From positions 1 through 64,000 of the forward strand of contig NIVC01002854.1 of the NCBI GenBank assembly GCA_002269645.1: a stretch of 64,000 nt of DNA, read 5' to 3'. Numbering within the stretch: the first letter of the stretch is position 1; each line of letters starts with the position of its first letter. Below are positions 1-12,536 of this stretch, piece after piece. Origin of the DNA: Macrostomum lignano (Eukaryota). The notes below the pieces were generated by a model that worked only from the letters and a program-made list of their open reading frames with translations, ran no database searches and was not told the DNA's origin. Position numbers and translations under genes: made by a program.

Positions 1-1569
1 TAAAAAATGAAATTAATTAAAAATTTTACTTTAAAAATTTCCTAACCTGTAAATTTTGTCTACAATTGTTTAAATTGTTCTTGTTATGCATTTAAAATAT
101 ATATACACAATATAGGCCTAGGCATATTGGTGATAGTTTATATCCATATAATACTTTATTAATCTAATCTAATAAAATAGTAATAATAGGCCTACTACAT
201 AGGCTTATTCATATAGGCCTATGTTTTTATATATTCATGACATAAAATTTGAGTAGGCCTAAATAATTAATATTCAATAAGAGAAAATTAAATGTTTTTA
301 TCTATTTATTTTATACTTATATTGATACTATCTATATAATATAGTATTGTATTCCTTATTGCAATGTATAAATTTAGATTTGTCAATTCTAACAATTTAT
401 GCCCCCATTAGGGAGAAAACAAAGAATGTAGTAAAATTTTTAAATTAATTACATGTAGCTTCTATCCTCTACCTTGATATCTCAGCAATTGCCCCTAAGA
501 CTTGAATTCTCAGCAATTCCTCTAGTAAATCTTGATATTTCAGCAATTCCCCAATGAGTCTTTATGTTTGACAGGTCAATTAATTTATGGTTTAACCTAC
601 TCTTCCTAACAAATCCCTTAATAGCCATAGCATTCTAGTAATTATCCCTATGAGTCTTGGCTTATCAAGTGCAAAAATAATGTCTTTTTAATTATTCCTT
701 TAAATTATTTAAAGTTTTCATTAAAAAAATTCTTACTATTAAGCTTCAAACCTAGGTTGCCATACTATCAGTTCAGTCTATTCATATCTAGGCTAGCATT
801 CATGGAATTTATGGCTTTATTCATGGCTTCACTCAGCTTCTTAGCAGTTTAGTGCTTGTCTATAAGCAGTTTTACATAGTTGCTGAGCAAGTGTCACTAA
901 TATCCAAGCAGTTCTATAGTAGCAAATTTCTAAGCAGTTGTACACCAATTTTTCTGAGAATAAAAAGCTCTAAAATGTTATACTTCTCAATGTTTGTAAC
1001 TTTGCAATGTCAAATCATTTATAGTTCTCTTATTATTCGTTATTTTATTTTATGAATTAGTCTGGTTATTAATAGAGTTATTAAATTTTGCAACAATTGA
1101 GCGATAAACCTAACACAAGGACTACCATAAGATTTACATCTAAGCACAAATGTCATGCATATTTAACATAAATGCCCAACCTCAAAATTTTACCTATCCA
1201 GTGCAACTTAGTTTTGTCCAGATTTGCAACTTACCTATGCACCACCACACTAAAGGACCAGGGGGGGGGGGGTAGCACACCTCATGCGTGGTTATACTTA
1301 TTGAAAAATGGAAGTTCCTCATTTCTTTTCCCTTTCTCCTGCCCTCATTCTCTTTATTGATTGATTTATCATTCAATTATGTAGCATTGCACACTGCAAT
1401 ACTAAACTGCATTGTAGCCTATACCCTATAGGCTACACAATCTCTACATACTGTACTATATGTCTGGCAAACAAACTTGTATATGTACACTCATGCACTT
1501 ATATATATATATATATATACTATTTCTATCTGGGCACATCCGGAAACCTATTGCTCAGCCTTTATATAG

Positions 1570-2870
1570 TCAGGTGTAATAATGAGTCATTATATACTTC
1601 ACTTAAAGATAGACCTACATGCTGCACCTGACTATATGAAGGCTGAGCGGTGGGTTTCCGGATGTGCCCAGACAGAAATAGTTAGAGAGAAAAAACAGTT
1701 ACATCTTTTCAAAGTACTCTCCAGCAGATTTGATGCAAATTTTCATGCGCTTAACCACTTGCTAAAGCAGCTGGACCAATCTAAAGCAGGCACCTCCTCC
1801 ATATGCCGGATGAAAGCCTCCATTACAGCTTCTGGTGATCCATAGCAGATTCAACGCATCCTACGCTTGATTTGTGGAAACACAACAGTCAGGGGGCCAG
1901 GTTGGGGCTGTAGGGTAGATAACCGAGCTCTTGAATGCGCTTTCCAGCTAGGAACTCTACCACTTGTCGAGCCTTGTGGGCCAAGGTGTTGTCGTGGTGG
2001 AGAAGGATACCCCAAGTTCGAGTCCTTGGGCGACACCTAGAGAGAGCACTCAGCACTTCTGGCAGGCAAACATTGGCATACTAGTCACCAGTGACTATGC
2101 GCTGCTGCATGAGTGGAACTGTGGCCAGATGACCAGTTTTCGCCACAAAAATGGCCACCACCTGCTTTGCCACGCTGCACTCTCACCAAAGCTTGGATGG
2201 TGGGATGCCGCCAACTGGAGTCCACTGGGCCGATTGCTGCTCTTAGTCTCCAAGTTGAAACTATAGATCCCAGACTTGTCACCATTGACAATATCCCAGA
2301 CCAAATTTGAGCTGCCTCCATTGAATCTGTTGAGCATAGTGCAGCACTAGGTCACCTGAGCCTCCTTCTGCTCCAGAGTTAGCTGATGAGGCACCTAGCA
2401 TGCAGAAATCTTGCTCAGGTTAAGCTTTGAATGCAGGATCGTCCTGATGGATCCTGATGAAATGCCCACTTCTGCCTCTATCTGGGCCACAGTCACTTGG
2501 GCATCATCCTCAACCATGGCCTAGACAGCAGCAACATTATTCTTAGTCGTTGCGAAGACAGACCAGCCACTGCGCTCCTCATCATTCAGACTCTGCCTGC
2601 TGCATCGAAATTTGGCAAACCAGTCAAAAACAGTGGATCTAGAAGGTTTTTTATCACCAAAAGCTCCTCGCAATTGCTTAAGACTTTCTTGCTGCTGCAA
2701 ACCACTTTTAAAATTGTAATAAATCATTGCTCTAAAAAGACTCCTATTGAGCTCTATTGTGAATTTGATAGATAGGGTGGGTATGCTAGCTTGGTTTGGG
2801 TGCTGCACTGGCTATATATGACCAGTATGTTTGAAACTATACATTGTACTTATATAATGTACTTGACACC
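1570..2870 (-). mobile_element. Degenerate mariner (DD34D-type) transposon with fragmented transposase
   Basis: Minus-strand fragments read ELNRSLFRAMIYYNFKSG..SRSTVFDWFAKF (mariner HTH, ORF 2521-2808), NLVWDIVNGD (first catalytic D region, ORF 2095-2337), PYSPNLAP and the C-terminal CIKSAGEYFEKM ending near 1699. There are several stops and frameshifts. Ends are approximate and the TIRs are eroded. Confidence 0.85.
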
Positions 2871-3665
2871 TATGGTGTCAGATTTTGTCAGCCACCTTTG
2901 TCAGATCTATCTGTGCTGAATGCAAAAATAGAGATTCATGGTGCAGATGCAACAACCCATGCATATTGCTCTTCTCAAATAATTTCAGCTGAAAGAGAAG
3001 CTGTTTTTGAAATGAATGAAGAAACTAGACGTCTTAAGACAGAACTTGTACAATGGCACAATGCTCATGCTGAATCTATCGCTATAGAATCTTGCCCATC
3101 AACTGATGCTGATACTGAAGCACGGATCCAACAACCACATATAGCCATTCATTTGGACTCAGATTCGGAAACTGAGACTCATGGCCAAAGAAGTAAGAGT
3201 CCTCCAAGAAAAAGTTATATAGTTATACAAACAGTTACAAATAGTTACCTAATGATATATTTCTGGATGCTTGAGAAGAGCAAACCAATAATCTACTTCT
3301 ATAGATTTAAGCAACTGTCAGTCACAGAAACAAGACAAAGCATCCTATATACTAAAAATGTGATGTCTATATATATATATGTGATATATTAGAGAAAAAA
3401 TGGCTGGACCGATTTTGTTCGAACTTGCACTTGATATGCTAAAAGATTTATTTAAGATAGTATTATGACAGTTGTTTTGCAGGGCATTACAACAGAAAGC
3501 ATCTGTGATAATAGGAAGTCAAGTTTGACTTGCAAGTTTGCTAAAACCATGGGCAAGAAACAATTTCTTCTTATACCATTGTGCTGCAGACAAATTGGAG
3601 CCTTCTATGTATCATGCCTTTGAAAATTTGCCATATATACAATGCCTAGAGGACAGGCAAAAAAT

Positions 3666-3938
3666 CTCCTGATTGCAACTTAGTTCCTCCTGATTGCAAC
3701 TTAGTTCCTCCCGATTGCAACTTAGTTCCTCCCAATTGCGACTTAGTTCTTCCTTATTGCAACTTAGTTCCTCCTAATTGCAACTTACTTCCTCCCGATT
3801 GTGACTTAGTTCCAATTGCGACTTAGTTCCTCCTGATTGCAACTTAGTTCCTCCCGATTGCGACTTAGTTCCTCCTGATTGTGACTTAGTTCCTCCTGAT
3901 TGCAACTTAGTTCTTCCTAATTGCAACTTAGTTCCTCT
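3666..3938. repeat. 21-bp minisatellite (GATTGCAACTTAGTTCCTCCT), about 13 copies
   Basis: Tandem unit directly visible, with point variants and one shortened copy. Confidence 0.9.
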
Positions 3939-4599
3939 GTTCTATTTTTTTTCTCTTTCTCTTTCTTTTTCCCTCTCTCTCTTTTTCCTCCTTTCTTTTC
4001 CTTTTCTCTTCCTCTCCTTTCTTTCTTCCCCCAATTTTTCATTTTTCCCATTTTCAATTTTGCGACTTACCTTGGCCATCGGCCATTTCACCTATCCAGT
4101 TCAGATAGGTCGGATGGGTGTTAGGCATATATGATATTTAAATTAATTGACTAGACAATTATGGGACTATATACTCATTGACTTGAGACTAAGTCTAATT
4201 GCCATATTATTTAAGTATAGCCATATTATGGCCTATAATATATTTAATGACCAAAAAAATTATATTGATAAATTAGACATATGACTGATTTCAAAAAAGA
4301 GCCTTGTCATATCAAGCACTAGTATAGCATATTTTATATTGACCAATATATTATAGGCTAGGTATTTATTTAGTCTTGACTAGGCCTAGACTAACATTTT
4401 AAAAAATTGCTATGCCAAGATAATGCTCACAGTTTATATTATTATGCAATATATATAGTCTATATTTAGCTAGCCATTCAATTCCTATCTTGGTAGTCAA
4501 GGCCACTAGCTTTCAATGGTTGATATCAAAATCATAGACAAGGTATATATTCAAAAACAAATGTCAATGACTTTATATCAGCTCTTTAAGTTTGAGTAG

Positions 4600-5270
4600 G
4601 TACAAAATTCTATTTTTTCAACAATTGAGTTCAATGCACTTTTTGCAGGTATCTATCCATTTCCTGCTAGGTGACTTCAAGGGCTTCTGCTAGGTGACCT
4701 CTCACAACCTGTTTTGACTTGTTCTTGACTAAGTAAGCAAGGTGACTAATAACTCTTGTTTACTTTACAAAAGAGCTAGAAGTATGCAGGGGCCAGATCT
4801 GGCAAGTATAGCAGATGAGGAAGTACATGGATCAAGCATCTCTTGAGAAAACTCTTCAAAATTTCTGATCTAGCAACAGCAGCCAAGGGACCCAGTGTGT
4901 GCTTTTCTTAGATAGTTTGAGATCTGCATGTAGAATAATGTAGCCTGTGCCAATGGACAGGTCAAACTCAAAGTCCTCAGCCAACTCCTTGATGGTTTTG
5001 TAGCATCAGACTTGATGGCCACTTGCATAGCTATGATGGCCTCTGTGGATTGCCTTGTTTTGGCATTGAACCTGCATTGATCTGTGTCCTGGCTATCCTT
5101 TACTTGGTAGATAAGATAGATTTGCCTCTTGGATAGCTGCCATGGCTAAGACATCTTTGATCTTTAGCATGCTATATCCTACTGAAGTATTTGGACTCTT
5201 TTCTCTAGTCTATGTTGTTTCAAAGTGGCTTGGTAGGTCTTTGAATCCCATTGTGGCCACCAATGAAGTA
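4600..5270 (-). mobile_element. Second, internally deleted and heavily decayed mariner remnant
   Basis: The reverse strand translates to ILHADLKLSKKSTHWVP (WVP motif), then LPHLLYLPDLAPAYF (decayed YSPDLAP) and KWIDTCKKCIELN (mariner C-terminus). The DD core between WVP and YSPDLAP is largely missing. Confidence 0.7.
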
Positions 5271-7406
5271 CAGGTGTCTTGCCTGTGGTTGTTGTCTAAA
5301 GGCCTCCAATAGGATTGCTTTAGTTGGTCCGGAGATGGCTTGGTAGGGCTCCTGGCACTGGGCAATGACCTCTAGCTAGCAGTTTCTTAGAATCAATACT
5401 TGTAGCGTAGGTAGTGCTACCACTAGCTTTGCAAAGTTGCAGCCTTCAATGAGGTGCCGATCTTGTAAAAGCAAATAACTAAGACAAGAGAGAAAGTCTA
5501 GCACTTTGTGCAGATATAGCAGTTCTTGAGCAGAAGCATCCATAGTCAGCAGTCCCTGCCATGCTAGTATAGTGTTAGAGCGATGGTGCTAGCTTTGGGC
5601 AATCTAAGCTGCCTTGCTAATAGATAGCAGGAGCAATTTGAGGCAGGCACGCGCAAAGTTGGGAGGCTTGGGAGTTCAAACTTAGGTGCAAACTTGGCAC
5701 ACAACACAACCTTAGAGACTGACTAAGATAGAGAGGCAGAAAACAGGCAAACAGGCTTGTCTGAACCAAGCCATGAGAGGGGCTACATTTATAGGGAGAA
5801 TCAATTGCACAATAGCATGAAAGACCCCCACTGAGAGTAATGAGTGACTTTATTGCTATTTTTAGCAACAAGCAAGTGGGTTCCGCCTTAGAAGAGGCAG
5901 GGGTCCTAGCGCATGTGATGTCCCCATAAATGCAAGAGGCTCATTCCATATAAGCATGGTCGTAACATGACAGGTTATTTTTACTTATAAAATGAAATCT
6001 AATAATAGAATATACTAAACCAATATTTTAAATGAAAGATTATTTTGTCTAGAATATATTTATAGAGTTTCATATAGATATCATCATTAGTATAGATGCT
6101 ATTAAACCTTAAATGACACTTATGGTCGTAACGACAGGATTTTTGACATATAGAAACTAAAAGGTAAAAGTCTTATAACATTTTTCATTTTTGATATTTT
6201 GCAATACATTTTTAAAATTTGACTAAGAACATCTTTAGAAATCATACTCTTTTATTAGAATATATAAACTCAAAAGGCAACAAAGATACAAAAGAAAAGG
6301 CAGCCTTATGGTCGTAACATTATGGTCGTAACATATTTTTTTCTGTCAATTCAGTAACTTTGAGGTACTAATACATTAAAAATATAATAGATTATTTGGT
6401 CACCAATGCTTTTATCTGATGATGCAAGTACTATACTTTTATCTATAGTTTGTTTCAACCTTCAAAAGCTTTCTATTTGTTTTTAAAAGGTACAAAATCT
6501 TAATGATGTCTTTTGCTTCGAAAAATGTCCAAATTTTTACAAAAATGACTTTTTGCCAATTGATAACATATTAATCCAACATTTTACCATTCCTTTATTC
6601 TTAGATTGTATATATTGCACAATATAAACATTTGGTAAAAAAATAGGCTAATTAAGCAATGGCAAGCAAAAATATTGACTTTTTTCTATTTTCCAAATAT
6701 GTCCATCTTATATGGAATGAGCCAAGACCAGCATACAATGATGAAATCATTGCACTTTGGACTAAAGATGGAAGAAAGCCCTGTCATGTGATTGGCTCAC
6801 ATGACAAGGGGGAAAAAGGCCTACAAGTGAAGGCACTTGTGACCTTGGGACTGGAAAACAAAATGGCATTTCAAATTTGGAGATGCCTAACAGAGACAAA
6901 ACAGAAGCAGGCTAGACCAAGCTGTCTGGGCATTGCAAAATGGGAACACAAGACAAAAGGGACAAACAAGGACAGATAGACAGACAAGCAAATGGGCAAA
7001 GGACAGGCCAGAGGACAGGCAAGGCAAAAAGGAAGGGACAGACAACTGCCCAGCAGCAGACAGAAGCCTGGGGCAAGGGCAAGGGAAACAGCTGACTAGT
7101 GCGGCACCTAACTAAATAGCGACTCACGACACTACCTTTGCCAGTTGTAATGGATCCATCCTGGTCGTAATGGATGAAACCTATTAGAAACAATCCCAAT
7201 TATTAGAGCTCCAGATATCCCCACATCAGTTTTTAAGGCTTCTATGGAAAGCTACATATCTATATTTGATAACTGAAATACATTTAGACATCTAGTAATC
7301 ATACTTATAAAGCTGTAAAGCTTTTAATTTTTTAAATACAATGGTATATAATAGCTCACTATTGAACATATATGTTAACAGTTAAAAAAACCACAAAGGC
7401 TATATA

Positions 7407-7962
7407 CAGGGTGTCCCATAAGTAACTTTACAACTTGTTTTGTGAATAACTTTGTGATTAATGCTTGGATCCCCACCAGATTTTAGCATAGGAAAATATA
7501 TAGAAGGGGGATTTTTTGACACCAAAAGCATGTTCATACATTGATATTTTATTATTCAAATGGTAATTTAAAAAAATACCAGATCCCATCAGATTTCTCC
7601 TGACCTAATGCCCTTGGATTACTGGTTGTGGGGCGATCTAAAGCAGAGAGTCTACGCAATGCAGCCGCGCACAATCGATGAGCTCCAACAGAGGATCTCA
7701 GATGAAGTGGCCCAGATTTTGCCTGAGACGCTTACCAAAGCCCTGCTGGACTTTCCGCGGCGGCTGGAGGCCTGCCTTACAAACGGTGGTGGCCACATCG
7801 AAGGACCCTGAATGGACTGTATTTTTTAACGTATGAACATGCTTTTGGTGTCAAGAAATCCCTTTTCTATATATTTTCTTATGCTAGAATCTGGTGGGGA
7901 TCTAAGCATTAATCACAAAGTTATTCACGAAACAAGTTGTAAAGTTACTTATGGGACACCTA
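7407..7962 (+). mobile_element. Non-autonomous Tc1/mariner-superfamily element with about 135-bp TIRs and a transposase C-terminal remnant
   Basis: TA|CAGGGTGTCCCATAAG at 7405-7422 is inverted at about 7825-7962. The central ORF 7608-7811 reads (SPDL)MPLDYWLWGDLKQRVY...GGHIE, matching the SPDLxPLDxxLWG motif of DDxD Tc1-like transposases. Confidence 0.85.
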
Positions 7963-8051
7963 TATTTGGTAAATATAGCAAACCTAAACATGTATTTTAG
8001 CAATTTCAGTTGGTTTGATACCTAAATAATGCCTTTTTATTTTTTATACTA

Positions 8052-8737
8052 TAGTATTTGTCATGCTATCTCAGTCTAGAGACATCCAAACTCAGCCAGC
8101 CCATCTCGACAGTGCGATTTTTTACGTAAGCCAGTCAAGTTTTACCATAGACATGCTTCTTGGGGCCATGCTGTCTCGGCCTGGGACATGCAATCTCAGC
8201 CACTTTTCAGATGCTATGTCAAGCTGTCTGTGGCTTAGTCTGTGATCGAAGCAAATGAAACAGAATGAGAGCAACAAGCGACGAAGACAGAAGACGACTG
8301 ATTGCTGCGTGGACGGAAGGTCAGGACCTACGTGTGGCCGCCAAAGTTCTTCGCATGAATCTGAAGACAGCTCGGCATATCGTCAGGATTTATGAAGCAA
8401 CGGGCCGGGTGGATGCCCTCCGCGAGGGGGAAGAAAGATTGGCTCATGCAAGTTCGATGAGGAGATGCGCCAGGCGCTTATTGCTTTCGTGGATGCGAAC
8501 CCCCTGGCGACGTTGAAAGCATTGCGCACGAAGCTGAGTGCCCAGCTTCCCAGCATTGAGATCTGTTTGCAATTGAAATCTATATTGGCTGAGATTGCAT
8601 GTCCCAGGCTGAGATAGCATGGCCTTAAGAGGCATGTCTATGGTAAAAGTCGACTAGCTCGAGCCAAAAAAACGCATTGCGGAATGGGACTGGCTGAGTT
8701 TGGATGTCTCTGGGCTGGGATGGCATGACAAATACTA
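8052..8737 (+). mobile_element. Non-autonomous Tc1/IS630-like element with about 150-bp TIRs and a transposase N-terminal remnant
   Basis: TA-flanked TAGTATTTGTCATGC...GCATGACAAATACTA. The internal MRATSDEDRRRLIAAW..RIYEATGRV and the frameshifted KFDEEMRQALIAFVDANPLATL resemble the N-terminus of the transposase at 60773-62567 (KWDAELQQFLCDIVEQNPMLTL). Confidence 0.85.
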
Positions 8738-9856
8738 TAATGACCATCTCTTGTGGAACTACCCTATTAGTAGTCTATATATGTAATATATTTTTGGCTT
8801 TAGCATTCTTATGGCACTGTCTACTCTATCCTTATTCTCCTTTAAGGAATCTTATTCTCTCAGTCCTAGGCATTCCTAGGATCAGAAGGTCATAGCTTAC
8901 TTGCTAGTTATTCTGCCCCAAGATAGGTTTCTTAGACTCTGAATCTAGATTACTCTACCCTGTGGTAGGATTTCTGCCTTCTAAGACAATTTCTCTGATT
9001 TTAAATCTGAATGTCTTGTTCTCTAAGGACAGATCGAATTCTCCCATTCTTGGGACTATTCCTAGGTTCACTATCTACTACTCAAAATAAATAACACAAC
9101 CAAGCAAACATAAGCCCTGAGGCTAATTTACTTCTGTTTCTAACTTTAAAGCTCAAAAGCAAGAAACAAGAATAATAATACAAAGAGAAGTTAACACAAT
9201 TTATTTGGTTTAGTCTCCAACTGACTCCTATTTATACTAAAATTTCCTTTGCTGTTTAAAACAAAACAACAATATATACTCGTAGCATATACAGAATATG
9301 CAAAATATTTCTAATATTCATACAGTATAAGAAATGGCATAATTTTGAAATATGATTTTTATAAGAAACTGTTTTAGTAATAAACAATGCCTATTTCAGT
9401 ATTGACTTGAATTTTCAACTGATAAATCACTGTATAGCAATGTAAAACATGCAAAAAATTAGGTTTGCTACATTTGCTTAAGTAAAGATATTCAGCCACT
9501 GACATTTGTTTTTGAAAAAACCTTAGTTCCATAGCAGGCCTGATATAGGTTGACAATAGTCCTAAGTGCTATAGGTCACCATGCCATATTTAAAATATGT
9601 GTAAAATAGTGTAAAATAATTTAGCATGGAAATCTATAATATGACCAATATAGTATCATATTCATATCACCTATATTAATCTACTAAAGCCATACTGGTA
9701 TATAGTCAATTATAAATATTAATCCTATTATTTTTATGATTTTCTATCTCATTTAATGAGATAAAAAGTTTATCTATTAAATACTTTTATAATTTAGTTT
9801 AAAGAAAGAGATTTAGGTCTAGTAATAGCTATAAATGGTCAACTAGCTGATTATTT

Positions 9857-11175
9857 AGTTGCAAGCTATCCAGACTGTCAAGATATTCAATGATTCTGCC
9901 AGAAGGTTGGATTTTTCTCATAAGTTCCAGTGTATTCAGTACACAATAGTGGGCAAGCCTTGACTGCTAGACATTCTCAGCTAGTCTCTCAAGCATTCCG
10001 TCATCACTTGGATGCTGTTGGCACCTTCAACAACAGGAGACTATGAACACTCTGATGCAAACTTCTTTAGTATTGCTGATCAAGCCTTGACAGTTGGCAA
10101 GCCTCAACTGCTGGACATTCTCAGCTAGTTCTCAAGCATTCCATCATTACCCGGATGCCATCGGCACTTTCAACGGGTGGTACCAGGTGACTATGGACAA
10201 ATTCTCTAGTTTTGCTGATCAAGCCTTGACAGTGGGCAAGCCTCAACAGCTGGGCATTCTTAGATAGTCTCTCAAGCATTCACTAATCACCCCGACGCCA
10301 TTGGAACCTTCAAGGAACAAAAACATGACTATGGACACCCAAAATAGATTACTTTATTATTCCTTAAGCAATTTAGTTACTTTTAATTGATCTTGAGTCC
10401 ATACAGATAATTTGATACTTTTTGTTTTTTCTCTTGGCAAAAATTTGGCTCAATTTATGATTCAATTAGCTAATTACATAATCAAATTTCCATCATTATG
10501 GCGGTAATGATAGTCTGTTTGAGAGTCTGGCTGAGAATGACCAGGAGTTGAAGTTTGCCCATTGTTGATGCTTGATCAGTGACATCAAAGAAATTTGCAT
10601 CATGGTGTTCCTAGTCACCTGGTGTAATCTGTTGAAGGTGCCAATGGCATCCAGGTGATGACAGAATACTTGAGAGACTAGCTGAGAATGTTCAGCAATC
10701 GAGGCTTGTCCTCTGTCGAGGCTTGATCAGCGAAACTAGAGAAATTCATACCAGAGTGTTTATAGGCACCTGGTGCCACCTGTTGAAGGTCCAGAAGCTC
10801 CGCCTGGGTGAAGGTCAATGATCAACGAAGTCACAGCTGATGCAGACCATGCTTGGGCGCAACCTTGGGATTCGCCCGGCCGTTTCTATTGGCAACACAC
10901 GCATGTGGGTCGCTATTGGCTGAGAGCAGTCACGTGACTACTGTTCTGTCCAATAGCGACTTACATGCGTGTGTTGCCAATAGAGGCGGCCGAGTGAATC
11001 CCAAAGTTGCGCATGTATGCAGACACATGTGGTCGATGTGCTGATGAAATTTGGAGGCTTGGCAAGGCTGTACTCAGGTGCACAGGGGTGTACTATATAC
11101 ATTGGCGCTTATAGGAGGGATCTGACCTTCTGGCAGAATTGTCAAATATCTTGACAGTCCAGAAGGTTGGCGACT
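9857..11175. mobile_element. Non-coding foldback-type element with terminal inverted repeats and about 140-bp internal repeats
   Basis: GACTGTCAAGATATT..ATTCTGCCAGAAGGT near 9873-9910 is inverted at about 11125-11160. Three direct units lie at 9950-10330 and inverted related units at 10510-10830. A paralogous half lies at 30400-30820. Superfamily not assignable. Confidence 0.6.
10848..11019. mobile_element. 172-bp palindromic MITE (hAT-like CA..TG ends), copy 1
   Basis: Near-perfect hairpin centred on AGTCACGTGACT. It is flanked by duplicated (ATG)CAGAC, and the paralogous empty site near 30745 has a single ATGCAGAC. Same length as the copy at 24775. Confidence 0.8.
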
Positions 11176-11747
11176 TGATTCCTGTTTGAAAAGGTGCGCA
11201 ATAAAAAGTTAGCTCATGTTCTTGAATTTTGTGTGCCTGCATTGCTCCATTATGGCGCAGCAAAAAATTGTCAGGGGGAATTCCCCCTCTCTGGCTAGTT
11301 CAATGGGCAGAAGAATGGCTTGTTATTCCTACTGTTAATTAGCGAACTTTGGTTGCTACAGTGTATCAACTTAGGTATTTATGCTAATTAAATTTGTTAA
11401 GAAATGTACTTTATAGAAGCCAACTCTATGGAATGTAGAGTATATTTCTTAACTTTAAATAAGTATATATATAAATATACAAATACAACATCAAGAATTG
11501 TTTTTAGTATATTATATACCTATAACATGCTAAAAAATTGCAATAAATTTTTGCTTATAATATTATTTTTTTTGTTTTGCCACCTTATACTATATAGTAT
11601 ATGTAATTGTTGTGGCTATCAACAAAATTTTATAAATGTTTTTCTGGGGTCAACTAGAAATTGTTAATTCCCTAGTACTAACTTATAGAATCTTATTACT
11701 ATGTTGTCCAGTTATTTTGAGAGCACCATATCTTGTCCTCTACACAG

Positions 11748-12536
11748 ATGAAGAGTGTCGGCCCGCGCCTGGTACCGTTCTTGAAAACGGCAGCTGCATT
11801 CTTCATCCTATACCCCGAGAAAGTACCTGGAGGCCTTGTCTACCTGGCATTTAAGCTCGCTCCCGTCTGCTGCCTGATCGGATTTGTGCCCAGCCTGGGC
11901 GTTGCTAAGGGAAACATCTTTGCCTACAACCGTCGCATCACCCTTGGCCTGTTGCTATCCGCCCTTGGAGATGCTGCGCTGGTCTTCGAGGACGGCTTCC
12001 TGGCTGGTGTAGCCAGCTTCGCTGCGGCCCAGCTGTGCTATACACTGGCATTCGGCATGCAGCCCCCGAGCCGTCGCCTCGGCTGCTTAATGGCTGCTGC
12101 CGGCTCCCTGATCTATGCCTGCATAATCCCATCCGTAAGAGCTGGTCTGGCCAGTATTTTTGTCCCAGCGAACTGTTGTCTTAGCTGCGGTGTGCAATAA
12201 TGTTGGTCCATGCCAAAATTTTACCTGTTGCAGGTACACGGACTGTCTTTGCGTTGCATCGGGTTGCTGTACACCTGTCTCATCTTCACCATGCTGTGGC
12301 GCGCCTCGGCCCGTTTGAACAGCGGCGCCTGGACCTCCGTCAGCGCCCTGCTTGGTGCCGTACTCTTCGTTGCCAGTGACCTCTCTCTGGTCATCGACAA
12401 GTTCCTGGTGCCGCTGCCTGCTGCTCACGCCTTTGTCATGGCAACCTACTACCTAGCCCAGCTGGGCATAGCGTTATCTTGCGTGGACTCGCACATCAGA
12501 CACACCGGGGAGCTCAGCTTGGCTCACCAGCAGTAA
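11748..12536 (+). CDS. TMEM86: Lysoplasmalogenase-like membrane protein (YhhN/TMEM86 family); coding exons 11748-12134 and 12234-12536
   Basis: KSVGPRLVPFLK, GLLLSALGDAAL, AFGMQP, GAVLFVASD and MATYYLAQLGIALS match TMEM86A motifs as I recall them. The phase-0 99-bp GT-AG intron (GTAAGA..TTGCAG) gives 229 aa. An AG acceptor directly precedes 11748, so a short upstream exon is possible. Confidence 0.9.

Noticed and set aside
3343-3600. Possible Helitron/DINE-like 5' end, and a hairpin at about 21290-21325
   Set aside because: Resemblance only; no paired terminus or diagnostic CTAG end could be tied to it.
6880-7224. Possible solo-LTR remnants (also about 8900-9250, 24200-24520 and 29800-30020)
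   Set aside because: No partner LTR, PBS or TSD could be established.
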